Source: Lachnospiraceae bacterium (GTDB taxonomy: Bacteria > Bacillota > Clostridia > Lachnospirales > Lachnospiraceae). Taken from it: DNA of 32,000 nucleotides. The DNA lies in assembly GCA_045531905.1 (NCBI GenBank), contig JAZSEY010000015.1, positions 1-32,000 of the forward strand, given 5' to 3'. Made by a program: the position numbers and the translations under genes. Shown here piece after piece: positions 15,939 through 24,806 of the stretch (within the stretch, counting starts at the first letter, position 1; each line of letters begins with the position of its first letter). The notes beneath the pieces were generated by a model, which worked only from the letters and a program-made list of their open reading frames with translations, searched no databases and was not told the DNA's origin.

Positions 15939-17894
15939 ATGGCTAAGAAACCGTATTACATTACCACTGCCATTGCTTACACTTCCGGTAAGCCACACAT
16001 TGGTAATACTTACGAAATCGTACTTGCGGATGCCATCGCACGCTATAAGCGTTTTGTTGGATACGATGTACGTTTTCAGACAGGTACAGATGAGCACGGT
16101 CAGAAAATCGAGCAAAAGGCTGAAGAGGCTGGTGTAACACCAAAAGAGTTCGTTGATGGAACCGCAGGTGAAATCAAGAGAATTTGGGATTTGATGAACA
16201 CCTCATATGACAAGTTCATTCGTACTACTGATGAGGACCACGAAAAGAAGGTTCAACAGATTTTCAAAAAATTATATGACCAGGGAGATATCTACAAGAG
16301 TGAATACGTTGGTATGTATTGTACACCTTGTGAATCTTTCTTCACAGAATCTCAGCTTGTTGATGGAAAATGTCCAGACTGCGGTCGTCCTGTACAAGAA
16401 GCAAAAGAAGAAGCATATTTCTTCAAACTTAGCAAGTACGCTGACCGCTTAATCGACCATATCAAATCACATCCTGACTTTATTCAGCCTGAATCTAGAA
16501 AGAACGAGATGATGAACAACTTCTTGCTTCCAGGCTTACAGGATTTGTGTGTATCCCGTACTTCATTTAAATGGGGTATTCCGGTTGATTTTGACCCAGA
16601 GCATGTTATCTATGTATGGATTGATGCGTTATCAAACTACATCACCGGTTTAGGTTATGAATTAGAGGGCAGAAGTGACAAGAACTTTGAGCGTTATTGG
16701 CCATGTGACTTACATTTGATCGGTAAGGACATCTTAAGATTCCACACCATTTACTGGCCAATTATGTTAATGGCTTTAGATTTGCCATTACCAAAGCAGA
16801 TTTTCGGTCACCCATGGTTAATCCAGAGCGATGGTAAGATGAGTAAGTCAAAGGGAAATGTTATCTACGCTGATGATTTAGTAGAATTGTTCGGTGTGGA
16901 TGCTGTCCGTTACTTCGTATTACACGAAATGCCATTCGATAACGACGGTGTTATCTCTTACGAGTTAATGGTTGAGCGTTTAAATACAGAGCTCGCTAAC
17001 ACACTTGGTAATCTCGTAAATCGTACCATTTCTATGGCAAACAAATACTTTGATGGTGTTATCACAAATGCCGGCGTAAAAGATCCGGTTGACGAAGACT
17101 TAAAGAAGGTTGTTCTTGGAACACGAAACAACGTAAACAGATATATGGATCAGCTTCGTGTTGCAGATGCCATGACAGAGATTTTCTATCTCTTCAAGCG
17201 TTGCAACAAGTACATCGACGAGACAATGCCTTGGGCTCTTGCAAAAGATCCTGAGAAGGAAGGTCGTCTCCAGACAGTACTTTACAACTTGGTTGAGAGT
17301 ATCGTTTATGGTGCAAGCTTCTTAAGAAGCTTCATGCCAGAGACAGCTGATAAGATTTTAGCACAGTTAAATGCAAAGGCTCGTCCAATTGAAGAGTTAA
17401 TTCACTTCGGTGGTTACGAATCAGGCAAGAAGGTAACTGACAATCCTGAAATTTTATTCGCAAGATTAGATTTAGATGAAGTTATGGCTAAGGTTGAAGC
17501 AATGACACCTCCAGAACCAGAAGTTCCGGAAGAGCCTGAAAATCCTGGTATCGACCTTGAAGCAAAACCACAGATTTCCATTGATGACTTCGAGAAATTA
17601 CAGCTTCGCGTTGGTGAAATCAAAGAATGTCGTGCAATTCCAAAATCTAAGAAATTGCTCTGCTCACAGGTACAGTTCGGTAGTGAGACAAAGCAGATTT
17701 TATCTGGAATCAAGACACAGTTTACCCCAGAAGAAATGGTTGGCAAGAAGGTTATCGCCGTTACCAATTTAGAACCAGTAAAACTAGCCGGTTACGTTTC
17801 TGAAGGTATGATTCTTTGTGCTGAAGATGCAGAAGGAAAATTATCACTCTTAACAACTGAGACAGAAATGCCTCATGGTGCAGAGTGCAGGTAG
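15939..17894 (+). CDS. metG: Methionine--tRNA ligase with a C-terminal tRNA-binding (EMAP-like) domain
   Basis: HIGN motif (GKPHIGNTYE), KMSKS (GKMSKSKGN), zinc knuckle CTPCESF..CPDCGRP, C-terminal LRVGEIKECRAIPKSKKLL. RBS GAAGGAGG. Confidence 0.95.
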   Translation: MAKKPYYITTAIAYTSGKPHIGNTYEIVLADAIARYKRFVGYDVRFQTGTDEHGQKIEQKAEEAGVTPKEFVDGTAGEIKRIWDLMNTSYDKFIRTTDEDHEKKVQQIFKKLYDQGDIYKSEYVGMYCTPCESFFTESQLVDGKCPDCGRPVQEAKEEAYFFKLSKYADRLIDHIKSHPDFIQPESRKNEMMNNFLLPGLQDLCVSRTSFKWGIPVDFDPEHVIYVWIDALSNYITGLGYELEGRSDKNFERYWPCDLHLIGKDILRFHTIYWPIMLMALDLPLPKQIFGHPWLIQSDGKMSKSKGNVIYADDLVELFGVDAVRYFVLHEMPFDNDGVISYELMVERLNTELANTLGNLVNRTISMANKYFDGVITNAGVKDPVDEDLKKVVLGTRNNVNRYMDQLRVADAMTEIFYLFKRCNKYIDETMPWALAKDPEKEGRLQTVLYNLVESIVYGASFLRSFMPETADKILAQLNAKARPIEELIHFGGYESGKKVTDNPEILFARLDLDEVMAKVEAMTPPEPEVPEEPENPGIDLEAKPQISIDDFEKLQLRVGEIKECRAIPKSKKLLCSQVQFGSETKQILSGIKTQFTPEEMVGKKVIAVTNLEPVKLAGYVSEGMILCAEDAEGKLSLLTTETEMPHGAECR

Positions 17895-17898
17895 TATT

Positions 17899-18064
17899 GC
17901 AACTAATCATTAAAGATATAAGAAAACAGGTACTGCAGTGAGATGCTCACGCTCCCAAAATACGTAACAGTACATAATGCTGTAAAGAACACAGCATAAG
18001 TACTGACGTATTTTGAGGCTCACTGCTAGTAACCTGTTTTCTTTATATCTTTACTAATTGTTGC
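17899..18064. repeat. Long imperfect palindrome B (about 166 nt foldback)
   Basis: gcaactaatcattaaagatataagaaaacaggtactgcagtgag pairs with ctcactgctagtaacctgttttctttatatctttactaattgttgc. The inner stem is aaaatacgtaacagtac..gtactgacgtatttt, with the apex loop at 17984-17990. It starts 5 nt after the metG stop. Confidence 0.85.
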
Positions 18065-18099
18065 CGGATAATAATAATTCTGTCCACCACTTATCACAT

Positions 18100-18873
18100 T
18101 TATTGATTGTTGTCTGGATAATTCATTATGTATTCTGCCCATTCATCATAGATTTCTTTTTGGCTTTTGTCAAAGCTTGCTTGATAATCTTCTGTTTTAA
18201 TTAGTTGCATGACTTTGTCCCACCCATATGTCTTTTCCAAATACTCAATATATATGTGTGCAAATGTATAACCCCCACAATCCGAGAATGTTATCGGATT
18301 ATTAGAGCAAATTTCTTTATAGGTTGGAACGCCCATCGTCTCCAGATACTCTTTTTGAAATGGTTCTCCGTTACTTAAATACAGTGCAACACCTTCTGTC
18401 AGCCATAAAGCTATATCCTCATTTAAAACCGAAACATATGCATGCACAATTTCATGTAATACTGCATATTTATTGTTGTTGTAGTCATGTACATTTCCTG
18501 GATTTGCCGGAGATGTCAAAATCACATCCGTTCCTATATTATCTCCAATATACCAATCCAAATCCAAAATCAAAGCTACATATCCATACTTTTTCGTTTG
18601 CATTTTCTTTTGAGTATCATATATATACACATTAACATCGGGGCGACTTTCAAAACCAAGCTTTGTTGCAATCAAGGCAGTCCCTGAATCCGCATATTCA
18701 AAAACATCTTTTGCTGCGGATTCTTCTTTTTCATAATACACATGAATCCATTTGCCTGCTAGTTCATTCATCTCTTTTGATTTTAAGTTCATGGTAGGTA
18801 TAAAATTAATAATACAGCTACTAATCAATATTGCTGTCCCTACCAAAAACATTTTTAATACTTTCTTTCTCAT
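18100..18873 (-). CDS. Putative zinc metallopeptidase (MA-clan, HExxH...E), probably a lipoprotein or membrane-anchored
   Basis: LHEIVHAYV (HExxH) followed by WLTEGVALYL (gluzincin-type Glu). N-terminus MRKKVLKMFLVGTAILISSC has a lipobox-like ISSC. The track start at 18900 is TTG. ATG 18871-18873 has GGGAGG 8 nt upstream. Confidence 0.75.
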   Translation of the reverse strand: MRKKVLKMFLVGTAILISSCIINFIPTMNLKSKEMNELAGKWIHVYYEKEESAAKDVFEYADSGTALIATKLGFESRPDVNVYIYDTQKKMQTKKYGYVALILDLDWYIGDNIGTDVILTSPANPGNVHDYNNNKYAVLHEIVHAYVSVLNEDIALWLTEGVALYLSNGEPFQKEYLETMGVPTYKEICSNNPITFSDCGGYTFAHIYIEYLEKTYGWDKVMQLIKTEDYQASFDKSQKEIYDEWAEYIMNYPDNNQ

Positions 18874-18938
18874 AAAAATAACCTCCCTTTTTTCATTCAA
18901 TATACAAAAATGTCATTGAAAAAGGGAAGTTACCACAG

Positions 18939-19790
18939 TCATTTTTCTATGTTACTTTGGTCATATTCATGAACAAATCTATTAAATTTCATAATTAACG
19001 CATTTCTTTCCTTTGTACCAATTTTTTCATAGATAGTGGATATATAATTCTTAACAGTACCATTTGATAAATACAATTTATCTGCAATTTGGATATTTGT
19101 ATATCCGCTAACTAATAATATAAAAACAGATTTCTCCCGCTCTGATAACCCTGCTAACATCGTTTCAAAAGCAATTTTATTTTCGTTATTCTCTATCTCA
19201 GCATTATCATCTATATCCGAACTATTTTGTTCTTCTCGTAAAATTATCAGTGTGTATCTGTCAACCAAAAAGAACACTAATGCATAATATCCCAGATACT
19301 GCAAACATCTAGATATCGCTCCATAACGCATAATGTCTTCCATTTCTAAAAAAGGCTCCACCCAAGGCTGAAATAAATAAAACCCCGTAATAAAATGTGA
19401 CATTATAATAACAATTACACTAGACACTCCCGAATAACATAATACTCTTTTATTCATATACAATGCCGCAACAATAGTTGGCACCACAAAAATCATTACT
19501 GCTTGAAATGTAAACAACACATACGTTGCCCCTGCCATAATAGCAGTCATCGTAACAACAATGTATTTCATCACGTCGCTATATACATGAATTTTTAATA
19601 TCATAATGGCCGGTATTATTAGAGTAATCAATCCAACACTCAACAAAATAATTGTCATGTCAAAAGCAATGTCAAAAATACCAAGCCAACAGCAAATTGA
19701 AACCAACAAAATGACAACAAAAACTAAAATAAGCCCCTTTGCCACAGACTCATTAATTTCAGCCTCATTCTTCTTCATTATAACTTCCAT
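18939..19790 (-). CDS. Membrane-anchored LuxR/GerE-family HTH transcriptional regulator
   Basis: The N-terminal ~190 aa carry about 6 hydrophobic helices. The C-terminus is LSEREKSVFILLVSGYTNIQIADKLYLSNGTVKNYISTIYEKIG, a LuxR-type HTH. RBS AGGTGG. Confidence 0.8.
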   Translation of the reverse strand: MEVIMKKNEAEINESVAKGLILVFVVILLVSICCWLGIFDIAFDMTIILLSVGLITLIIPAIMILKIHVYSDVMKYIVVTMTAIMAGATYVLFTFQAVMIFVVPTIVAALYMNKRVLCYSGVSSVIVIIMSHFITGFYLFQPWVEPFLEMEDIMRYGAISRCLQYLGYYALVFFLVDRYTLIILREEQNSSDIDDNAEIENNENKIAFETMLAGLSEREKSVFILLVSGYTNIQIADKLYLSNGTVKNYISTIYEKIGTKERNALIMKFNRFVHEYDQSNIEK

Positions 19791-19836
19791 ACATTACCAC
19801 CTCTCACAGTAACATCACAAATTCGACATTTGCACT

Positions 19837-19865
19837 ATTTTACGTCACCCACCACCTCACGTCAA
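19837..19865 (-). promoter_or_regulatory. Candidate sigma-70 promoter for the LuxR-type gene
   Basis: Minus strand TTGACG (19860-19865), 17 nt, TAAAAT (19837-19842). Confidence 0.45.
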
Positions 19866-19918
19866 TAATAATCATTCCTCCAACTATAATACACACCGTT
19901 CCGTCCCCCATTTATCAA

Positions 19919-20160
19919 GTAATATATGACTGTTTCAGCATCTTGTTTTTTTGTTTTAGAATGTGTTAATGTTTTATGTTTGCTTTTATAAAAACTTATA
20001 CTTGTTTGAGCAAGAGAGGACAAAGAAAAGCCGTGGTATCATACCACGGCTTTTCTTTGATAAACTCTTGCGAGTTGTATAAGTTTTGTTATAAAAGCAA
20101 ATGTAAACATTTACACATTCTTAACAAATAAAATGTAATGCTGAAACAGTCATATATTAC
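19919..20160. repeat. Long imperfect palindrome C (about 242 nt foldback) with a terminator-like apex
   Basis: The outer 21 nt are perfect (aatatatgactgtttcagcat / atgctgaaacagtcatatatt). Arms match at about 80-85% by eye. It starts 3 nt after the MCP stop codon on the minus strand. Confidence 0.85.
20022..20058. terminator. Bidirectional rho-independent terminator forming the apex of palindrome C; terminates the MCP gene
   Basis: aaagaaaa-GCCGTGGTAT-c-ATACCACGGC-ttttcttt: a perfect GC-containing stem flanked by A-rich and T-rich runs. Confidence 0.7.
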
Positions 20161-20163
20161 GAC

Positions 20164-22362
20164 CTACCACTCAGACTCCTCGTCATCACTGTCGCCCCAT
20201 CCAGCTTCTTCCGTTGCGGTCTCTTCACCCCAACCGGTCTCTTCCTGTTCTGCTTCTTCGCCCCAACCTTCTGGTGCTTCCTCTTGCTCCTCTGGGTATT
20301 CCTCTGCATATTCCTCAGGATATTCTTCGCCAAATCCCTCTTCTGGATACTCTTCATCCATAGGCATTTCTTCGCCGAATCCCATGTCTTCATAACCACG
20401 AAGTCTGAACTCTTCTACAGTTACCTTTAATGCATTTGCACAGTTAATCAACTCATCACTGATTGCTGCATTCTCCTGTGAAGCAGCTGCATTGGAATCA
20501 ATGATAGTAACGATGTTACCCAAACTAGCCTCGATACGCTCAATAGCAACAGCCTGTCTCTGAACGAACTCATTAATCTCTAAGATATCATCCTTGGACT
20601 TCATAGAGTTTGCAATACCTGTCTGTAAAGTAGCAGATGTTCTATGTGCTAACTCCTTACCTACGTTAACAGCTCTGTTAGAATTCTCAATGAGCTGTGC
20701 AATGGTATCTGATGATGCAGCAGAAGCTGTAGCTAACTTGCTAATCTCATCTGCAACAACCGCAAATCCTCTACCAGCTTCACCAGCTCTTGCAGCTTCG
20801 ATAGAAGCATTCAGAGATAAGAGGTTTGTCTGTTCTGAAATATCATTAATAGTTGTGATAATCGCACCAATCTGTTTTGATGTAGCTTCGATAGTATCCA
20901 TAGCCTCTAATAAGGAAGCCATCTGTGCATTACCTTCTGCAAGCTGATTGTTAGTAAGCTCAGAAACATCACTAGCCTTTGCTGCGTTCTGTGTAATTAA
21001 GTGGCTCTGTTCAGCCAATACCTTAACATTGTCTGCAAGTCCGGTAACTGCCATGCTCTGCTCAGTTGCACCTGCAGCAACCTGTAATGTACTTTCCTGA
21101 ACCTGGCCTGAATAATTTACTACGATTTCAGACTGTTCATTTACCATACCGAATGCACCATTTAACTTATCTAAGATAGTATCTAATGCATTCTTGATAG
21201 CAATAAATGCACCCTGGTATTCAGCCTCTACCTTAACAGATAAATCATTTGCTGAAATACGGCTTACAACATAACTAATATCACTAATGTAATACTTTAA
21301 CTTCTCAACAGTTTCATTCATGGAAACGGTTAACATAGCAATCTCTTCTGCCAGTGGCTCTTCATCAAACACAACATCCAAGTCACCTTCTGAAATCATG
21401 ATTGCCTTTTCACCAATTGAGGTAAGTGGCGCAAACCACTGTGTCATAGTACTCTTACAATACTTCTGTACGACAATAGACGCTACAACAGCAAAGGCAA
21501 TTGCAATCAAGATAATAACCATGAATAATCCATATGAATCTGTTAATGGTTCAACAAATATAACCTTCCACTCTGTACCACCTACAGGACTTGCCATCAT
21601 AGACTTGATACCGCCGTCCTTCAACTGGAACATAAGTTTTACTTCCATTGAAGTCTTTGCAACCTTTTTGTACTTGCCCTTATATGCATCATTAATACTT
21701 GTTGTCTTTTCTGCTGTCAATGCCAACTCTTTATCCGGATGTGACAGAATTGCACCTGATCCGGAAATCAAAAATGCATACTTAGACTTGCTACTTGTAG
21801 ATGTCACAAGAGATAATATATCATCAATATACATATCCATAGCTGCAACACCAACAAAGTTTCCACTTCCATCAATTACCTTTTTTGACATTGTCACACA
21901 CATATCACCAGTCTGCTCATCAATATATGGGTCAGTGAGGAACACTCCATCCTCTGTCTCCTGAGCACCGGTATACCATCCACGTGTTGTAAAATCAAAA
22001 TCAGCCGGTGGCTGCCAACCACCACTCATGATTAATTTCTTGTCAGCATAAGCCATATATGCCGCTGAAATATTCTCATTCTCAGCCACGATAGAATCAA
22101 CATATGCTAGCACATCCTCATCTTTCTCGAAAACGTCATCCCCAATTGAGTCTGCAAGCATGATAGTAATCTCTTCACGCTCATATAAAGTCTTGTCGAT
22201 ATCATTCGCATACTGCAAAACATTAGACTCCATTGTACGTGAACATAATTGCTTTGAAACAATACCTGTCAAAATTACTACAACAACCGCCATCAATATG
22301 ATAATGCGCGAAACTAACTTCGACACGATTTTTCCTATTCGATCAGCATAACTTCCCTGCAT
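20164..22362 (-). CDS. Methyl-accepting chemotaxis protein (TM, Cache-like sensor, HAMP, MCP signalling domain) with a 78-aa acidic Trp-containing tail
   Basis: Highly conserved hairpin tip [36 protein letters not shown]-terminal TM helix plus a second TM ([19 protein letters not shown]) flank a periplasmic-type sensor. RBS GGAGGAGG. Confidence 0.92.
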   Translation of the reverse strand: MQGSYADRIGKIVSKLVSRIIILMAVVVVILTGIVSKQLCSRTMESNVLQYANDIDKTLYEREEITIMLADSIGDDVFEKDEDVLAYVDSIVAENENISAAYMAYADKKLIMSGGWQPPADFDFTTRGWYTGAQETEDGVFLTDPYIDEQTGDMCVTMSKKVIDGSGNFVGVAAMDMYIDDILSLVTSTSSKSKYAFLISGSGAILSHPDKELALTAEKTTSINDAYKGKYKKVAKTSMEVKLMFQLKDGGIKSMMASPVGGTEWKVIFVEPLTDSYGLFMVIILIAIAFAVVASIVVQKYCKSTMTQWFAPLTSIGEKAIMISEGDLDVVFDEEPLAEEIAMLTVSMNETVEKLKYYISDISYVVSRISANDLSVKVEAEYQGAFIAIKNALDTILDKLNGAFGMVNEQSEIVVNYSGQVQESTLQVAAGATEQSMAVTGLADNVKVLAEQSHLITQNAAKASDVSELTNNQLAEGNAQMASLLEAMDTIEATSKQIGAIITTINDISEQTNLLSLNASIEAARAGEAGRGFAVVADEISKLATASAASSDTIAQLIENSNRAVNVGKELAHRTSATLQTGIANSMKSKDDILEINEFVQRQAVAIERIEASLGNIVTIIDSNAAASQENAAISDELINCANALKVTVEEFRLRGYEDMGFGEEMPMDEEYPEEGFGEEYPEEYAEEYPEEQEEAPEGWGEEAEQEETGWGEETATEEAGWGDSDDEESEW

Positions 22363-22411
22363 TATAATGCCTCCTCCGTATTATCATTATTTGTAGAAAT
22401 ACCTATCTAAA

Positions 22412-22440
22412 ATTTTACTAATAAATACAAGGTTTGTCAA
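22412..22440 (-). promoter_or_regulatory. Candidate sigma-70 promoter for the MCP gene
   Basis: Minus strand TTGACA (22435-22440), 17 nt, TAAAAT (22412-22417). Confidence 0.5.
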
Positions 22441-22475
22441 CGAAATGTTATCTCGTAAGGCCCTTTTTTCTGGAA

Positions 22476-23876
22476 CTAATATCGCTTTCCATATATCAGT
22501 TTACTAATAGCCTTTTTTGCTCTATCTGGATACAAATCGCTGTTAAAATCATGACAATTACCATTTTTCTTTGAATAAGATAAAATCTGTGTATCGGTCA
22601 ACAAACAAAACATCGCCTGATTCTTACGTGGTGTCGTATCAAAATGATACCATCCCCCATTGATATACACCAAATTCCACCAATGATTGCTACTATATCC
22701 CGGAACCTTTTTAATCATAATGTTTGGAATACCGGCTCTTGTCAGCAATATTCTGGCAGCCGCATAATAAGTAAAACAATCCCCGGACTCATACATCAGA
22801 CCGTATTTCGCAGATTTTTCCCAACTGGATTTATCCGAATGATCCACATAGCTAAAGGATTTTCTCAGGTAAGTATAAATTGCTTCCGCTTTCTTCTTAT
22901 CAGTCCACCAGTCTTTTATAAGGTCATCAAGCACCTGGTCTGCCATATCATCTATCTGTGTCGTTGTAAGACGGACATTAATCTTTGCATAGGCAGTTGC
23001 TTCATTTCCAGCCTTATCTGTTGCTGTAAAATACACCTTATATACTCCAGCCTTTTTCCAATCTACCTTACTGGTATCTACTGTAAATGTCACCTTTGCA
23101 TCTCTGTCATCTTCCACTGACACATACCGGCTATAATCGAAGTCTTGTCCTGCATAAACCGTCATGAACACCTGACCTTTTTTATAACTATCCTTATTGA
23201 CCCAACCACCAAATACAGGTGCCTTAGTATCCACGGTACCATATTTGTAAGAATACTTATCTGTTGACAGATTGTGAGTCATCAATCCGTCACCGGCATA
23301 AACCTCTATCTTCATTAGTTGATATGTGGTCACATCTGGCAAAATAACCGCATTATCTGCAACAGTTTTCTGTTTATTCTTTTTCAAATTCTCAACAGTA
23401 TAAGTTTTCTTTTGTGTTCCCAAAGTAGTCTCGAACCCATAGGTTAAAACAATCTTATCTGCTTTGTATAAACCATCATTTTTGACGGTCACGGTGAAAC
23501 CGGCATCTGTAAGAGACTCCGTTACCAAAATTTCATCACATGCCACTCTCACATTTGGCAATTTTTTATTTTTCTTAACTGTAATCTTAAACTTTTTTGT
23601 CTGATAACCCTTCTTTTTTATGCTAATAGTAACGGTACCGGGTTTCTTACCCGATACCGTACCATCTGCATCTACACAAGCGATTTTCTCGTCACTACTG
23701 GTAAATGTCACATTCTTAAGCTTTGTAGTAATCTGTACTGTCTTTCCCACCTTCACGCTAGTTGCGGAAATCGTAGCCGAAATCTTTTTCGCAGCACTAA
23801 CGCTAACGGTTTCAGCGAAACACACAGATACAATCATCAGGGCAATCAGAAGAAAATAATGTAATCTTCTTCTCAT
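22476..23876 (-). CDS. Secreted protein: Big_2 Ig-like domain, Ig-like (DUF5011-type) domain, C-terminal transglutaminase-like cysteine protease core
   Basis: Signal peptide ...VSVSAA. Big_2-like VKVGKTVQITTKL..FTSSDEKIACVDADGTVSGKKPGTVTISIK. Transglutaminase core Cys in YESGDCFTYYAAARILLTRAGIPN, His/Asp in SSNHWWNLVYINGGWYHFDTT. RBS AGGAGG. Confidence 0.8.
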   Translation of the reverse strand: MRRRLHYFLLIALMIVSVCFAETVSVSAAKKISATISATSVKVGKTVQITTKLKNVTFTSSDEKIACVDADGTVSGKKPGTVTISIKKKGYQTKKFKITVKKNKKLPNVRVACDEILVTESLTDAGFTVTVKNDGLYKADKIVLTYGFETTLGTQKKTYTVENLKKNKQKTVADNAVILPDVTTYQLMKIEVYAGDGLMTHNLSTDKYSYKYGTVDTKAPVFGGWVNKDSYKKGQVFMTVYAGQDFDYSRYVSVEDDRDAKVTFTVDTSKVDWKKAGVYKVYFTATDKAGNEATAYAKINVRLTTTQIDDMADQVLDDLIKDWWTDKKKAEAIYTYLRKSFSYVDHSDKSSWEKSAKYGLMYESGDCFTYYAAARILLTRAGIPNIMIKKVPGYSSNHWWNLVYINGGWYHFDTTPRKNQAMFCLLTDTQILSYSKKNGNCHDFNSDLYPDRAKKAISKLIYGKRY

Positions 23877-23887
23877 GCTTGTGCCTC

Positions 23888-24379
23888 CTATTTCTTAACG
23901 TACTGAATCTTTGTGATAACCTTCTTACTATTTGTAGTGAAGATTAACTTACTCTTACCCTTTGTATATGTATAAACACCAAACTTACCGCTGTTCTTTC
24001 CATACTTCTTTGTCATCTTTGTAACAGAATCACCAATCTTGATGCCTTCAGCAGTAGATACCTTCTTGGAAGTAATTGTAACACTGTTTGCATACTCAGT
24101 ACCCTTGTTAGACTTAGAATATGTAGTTAATGTAAAATACTTATACTTATATGTTCTATCCTTACCATTGTAAGCACAACTCTTCTTCTCAGTCTTCTTA
24201 ACTGGCTTACCTGCCTTCTTAATAAACTTTGTGGCACTGCTTCCCATATAAATGGTAACACCATTATACTTGAAACCATAGCTACTAGCAGCATCAACCT
24301 TTGCAGGTACTGCAACATTGCTCATAACCAAAGCAGCCACTAATAATAAACTCAATACGATTTTTGAAACCTTCTTCAT
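23888..24379 (-). CDS. Small secreted Lys-rich protein of unknown function
   Basis: Signal peptide ...VPAKVDA. About 20% Lys. AAGGAG sits 7 nt before the second ATG (24377-24379) and too close to the track start at 24385. Confidence 0.7.
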   Translation of the reverse strand: MKKVSKIVLSLLLVAALVMSNVAVPAKVDAASSYGFKYNGVTIYMGSSATKFIKKAGKPVKKTEKKSCAYNGKDRTYKYKYFTLTTYSKSNKGTEYANSVTITSKKVSTAEGIKIGDSVTKMTKKYGKNSGKFGVYTYTKGKSKLIFTTNSKKVITKIQYVKK

Positions 24380-24477
24380 ATTCATTCTCCTTTACAGATT
24401 TTTACAACAAAAACACATATAGTATAAAGCATTTTTATTTAATACACAAGTTATTTTGTATTTTTTCAGACTATAAA

Positions 24478-24514
24478 CAAAACGACGTTGAAGCTAACAC
24501 TCCAACGTCATTTT
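24478..24514 (-). terminator. Possible rho-independent terminator after the MBOAT operon
   Basis: GACGTTG..12-nt loop..CAACGTC (24484-24509), flanked on the minus strand by GTTTTGTTT. The loop is long, so confidence is moderate. Confidence 0.4.
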
Positions 24515-24550
24515 ATCTACAACTGACAGGTCCCTTACCCCATGTCATTG

Positions 24551-24739
24551 TTATTTTTTCTTCTCATTTTTAAAAGAGTAAGTTGCTAAACTGAACCAAC
24601 ACATAATTGCAAAAATCATAACGACATATTCAGCAATCTTTGACAGCGCAAAAACATCACACATAGAAACAATTCCAATACTAGTGCAAACAATTGCAGC
24701 CAATAATAATAAGCATTTAATTATCTTTTCTTTTTGCAT
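24551..24739 (-). CDS. Small hypothetical membrane protein (two predicted TM helices)
   Basis: 62 aa: MQKEKIIKCLLLLAAIVCTSIGIV..VVMIFAIMCWFSLATY. AGGA lies about 6 nt upstream. Same strand as, and downstream of, the VanZ-like gene. Confidence 0.5.
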   Translation of the reverse strand: MQKEKIIKCLLLLAAIVCTSIGIVSMCDVFALSKIAEYVVMIFAIMCWFSLATYSFKNEKKK

Positions 24740-24806
24740 GTTTTTCCTGGATATCGAACTGTTTAAGTAATATCCAACTCCTCTCTTTCATATTTTATCT
24801 GCGATT

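Noticed and set aside
15328-16137. ORFs 15328..15516 (-) and 15799..16137 (+) around the metG leader
   Set aside because: They overlap the promoter and T-box leader, and the second runs out of frame into metG. Neither has an RBS. The region is explained by the T-box riboswitch.
17899-18064. Palindrome B as a 6S RNA gene
   Set aside because: The stem/bubble/stem shape is reminiscent of 6S RNA. However, the 3' side of the bubble is only about 5 nt. I see no promoter on either strand. The same core is embedded in the much larger palindrome A, which fits a repeat family better. This cannot be fully excluded without a covariance-model search.
20138-20399. Ser-rich 85-aa plus-strand ORF and 80-aa Lys/Arg-rich minus-strand ORF
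   Set aside because: Both are alternative-frame or antisense readings of the GAA/GAG-rich acidic tail of the MCP gene. These are low-complexity artefacts.
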